Assembly (NCBI GenBank): GCA_043228905.1
Contig: JBHGNT010000011.1
Span: 13,144,001-13,208,000 of the forward strand
Length of the DNA stretch: 64,000 nt
Source: Azolla caroliniana
Lineage: Eukaryota > Plantae > Polypodiophyta
Reading direction: 5' to 3'
In this document: piece by piece, positions 62,330-64,000 of the stretch
Layout: every line of letters starts with the position of its first letter
Numbering within the stretch: the first letter of the stretch is position 1
Position numbers and translations under genes: made by a program
The notes under the pieces: model-generated
Told to the model about the DNA's origin: nothing
The model's database searches: none
The model's input: only the letters and a program-made list of their open reading frames with translations

Positions 62330-64000
62330 ATGTGCATATTCCCAACGAGAAGTAGCAAAAGCTCGACCCCAAGTCGGACAAATGTGTACTCATAGGGTAC
62401 TCACTCGAGCAAAAAGGGTATAAGTGCTTCAACCCTTCCACCAAGAAGGTACGAGTGAGTTGGGATGTTGTATTTGACGAGTCGGCATCCTGGTATACAG
62501 TCGAATCGGCCCCATCCAGCACAATCGAAACTGAGTTTGAGACAGATGCAAAGGAGGAGGATCGACCAAGGCTGACATCAGAGGAAAGTCCAATCTCGAT
62601 CAGGTTGAGTGGACCACAAGAGCCTCCAAGCGACCAAAGCACGTCACGGGCAAATCCGAAACAGGACAAAGGAAAGACCAAAATGCCCAAGTACGAAGAC
62701 TCAGAAAGAAATGAATAAGACCACTCACCCGACAATGAGCATGGTGGACTGGATGTGCCTATCAAGTACGAAGACTCAGAAAGAAATGAATAAGACCACT
62801 CACCCGACAATGAGCATGGTGGACTGGATGTGCCTATCATGAGGACACCAGGGGAACCACGTCGCTCCACCCATGAAAAGAACGTAGTAAGCCGATTCGG
62901 CTACAATGACTATGTGGCATATCATTATGCATTCATGATGAAAGTGGCGACAATCTGAGAACTGGAAACCTTTTCCGAAGCCGCGAAGGACCCCAAATGG
63001 GTCAAAGCGATGAATGAGAAGATGCAAGCACTCTCCAAGAATGAGACATGAGATCTCGTCCCTTCGTCACACCATCAAAAGGCAATTGGATGCCGGTGGA
63101 TCCTCAAAGTGAAGCACAACGCTGACGGTATTGTCAATCGGTACAAGGCCCGACTTGCAGCGAAGGGCTACGTGCAGACACACGATGTCGATTATGAAGA
63201 GACTTTTGCCCCGGTGGCAAAGATGGCTACAATTTGAACCGTGATCGCGCTTGTAGCAGCAAAAGGGTGGCACCTCCACCAAATGGATGTAAATAACTCC
63301 TTCCTACAAGGTGAGTTAGACAAGGAGGTGTACATGATACAACTGCCCGGATTCAGGTCAACCACGCATCCGACTTTTGTCTGCCGACTCAAGAAGTCTC
63401 TCTACGGCCTCAAGCAAGCACCTAGAGCCTGGCACTCGAAGATAACCTGGTATCTTCATCAAATCGTCTTCAACATGTCCAAGTCCGACAACTCTTTGTT
63501 CATCTGCCAAAGTGATTCTAGAGGACAGGTATTTATCATCATTTATGTGGATGACTTTGTCATAGGAGGAGAGCATTTAGCAAATATTGAGCACATGAAG
63601 AAGCTCCTCTCCAGCTGATTCGAAATGACCGATATGAAGGAGCTCTATTACTTTCTAGGAATAGAAGTAATTCGGACCCCCGATGACATCCTAATCTCCC
63701 AACTTTATTGTATCCTCGATCTTCTCGTCAAGTTTGGAATGACAAAATGTAAGCCCGTCACTATACCTCTCAATCGAAATCTAAAACTAGATGTCAACTC
63801 AGGCACTAGTGAGTGTGGACCAACGCTCTATCGTCAACTAGTCGGAAGCCTCATCTACCTCACAATTACTTGACTTGACCTCAGTTATCCGGTCGGCCTC
63901 CTTAGCCAATTCATGTGAGTGCTATGGTAAGAGAAATATCCATCTCGACTATGGTAAGCGAGTGCTAAGGTATGTGAGTGGAACCATATATTTTAGCATC
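62330..64000 (+). pseudogene. pol: Copia H end of integrase and RT
   Basis: AYVHIP; ORFs 63241-63618 (YVDD) and 63625-63873. Confidence 0.88.
62688..62838. repeat. 75-bp tandem duplication
   Basis: CAAGTACGAAGACTCAG..GTGCCTAT at 62688 and 62763. Confidence 0.93.

Larger units (their letters stand above)
37756..64000 (+). mobile_element. Old Ty1/Copia element H, basal host of the nest (pieces 37756-38281, about 43690-44831, 62325-64000)
   Basis: LTR end ..TTGACA at 37795 and PBS-like TGGTATTAGGCC; gag from 37943; PR/INT 43690-44831; end of INT and RT from 62325. Continuity inferred from domain order. Confidence 0.7.

Overview
Plant nuclear repeat region, probably from a seed-free plant (inferred from a Tcn1-like chromovirus and the Copia types). 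It consists almost entirely of nested LTR retrotransposons and I found no host gene. I resolved about 11 Ty1/Copia units (labelled A, C, D with sub-units X and Y, E, F, H, I, J, K, L), two full-length Ty3/Gypsy chromoviruses, a remnant of a third chromovirus LTR, and four solo LTRs. Most boundaries are fixed by TG..CA termini and target-site duplications (TSDs); nesting reaches five levels (H>C>D>E>F). Highlights: (1) a self-priming chromovirus whose LTR carries a tRNA-like A/B-box cassette in antisense; (2) four related solo LTRs with 4-bp TSDs centred on CpG; (3) a hairpin enclosing the polypurine tract (PPT), plus a second PPT and a Pol C-terminal extension, shared by several Copia families; (4) a young TG..TA chromovirus with a regularly spaced stem-loop array in its leader; (5) a chimeric three-LTR Copia; (6) a young, CpG-poor Copia. 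All comparisons and counts were made by eye and need computational confirmation.
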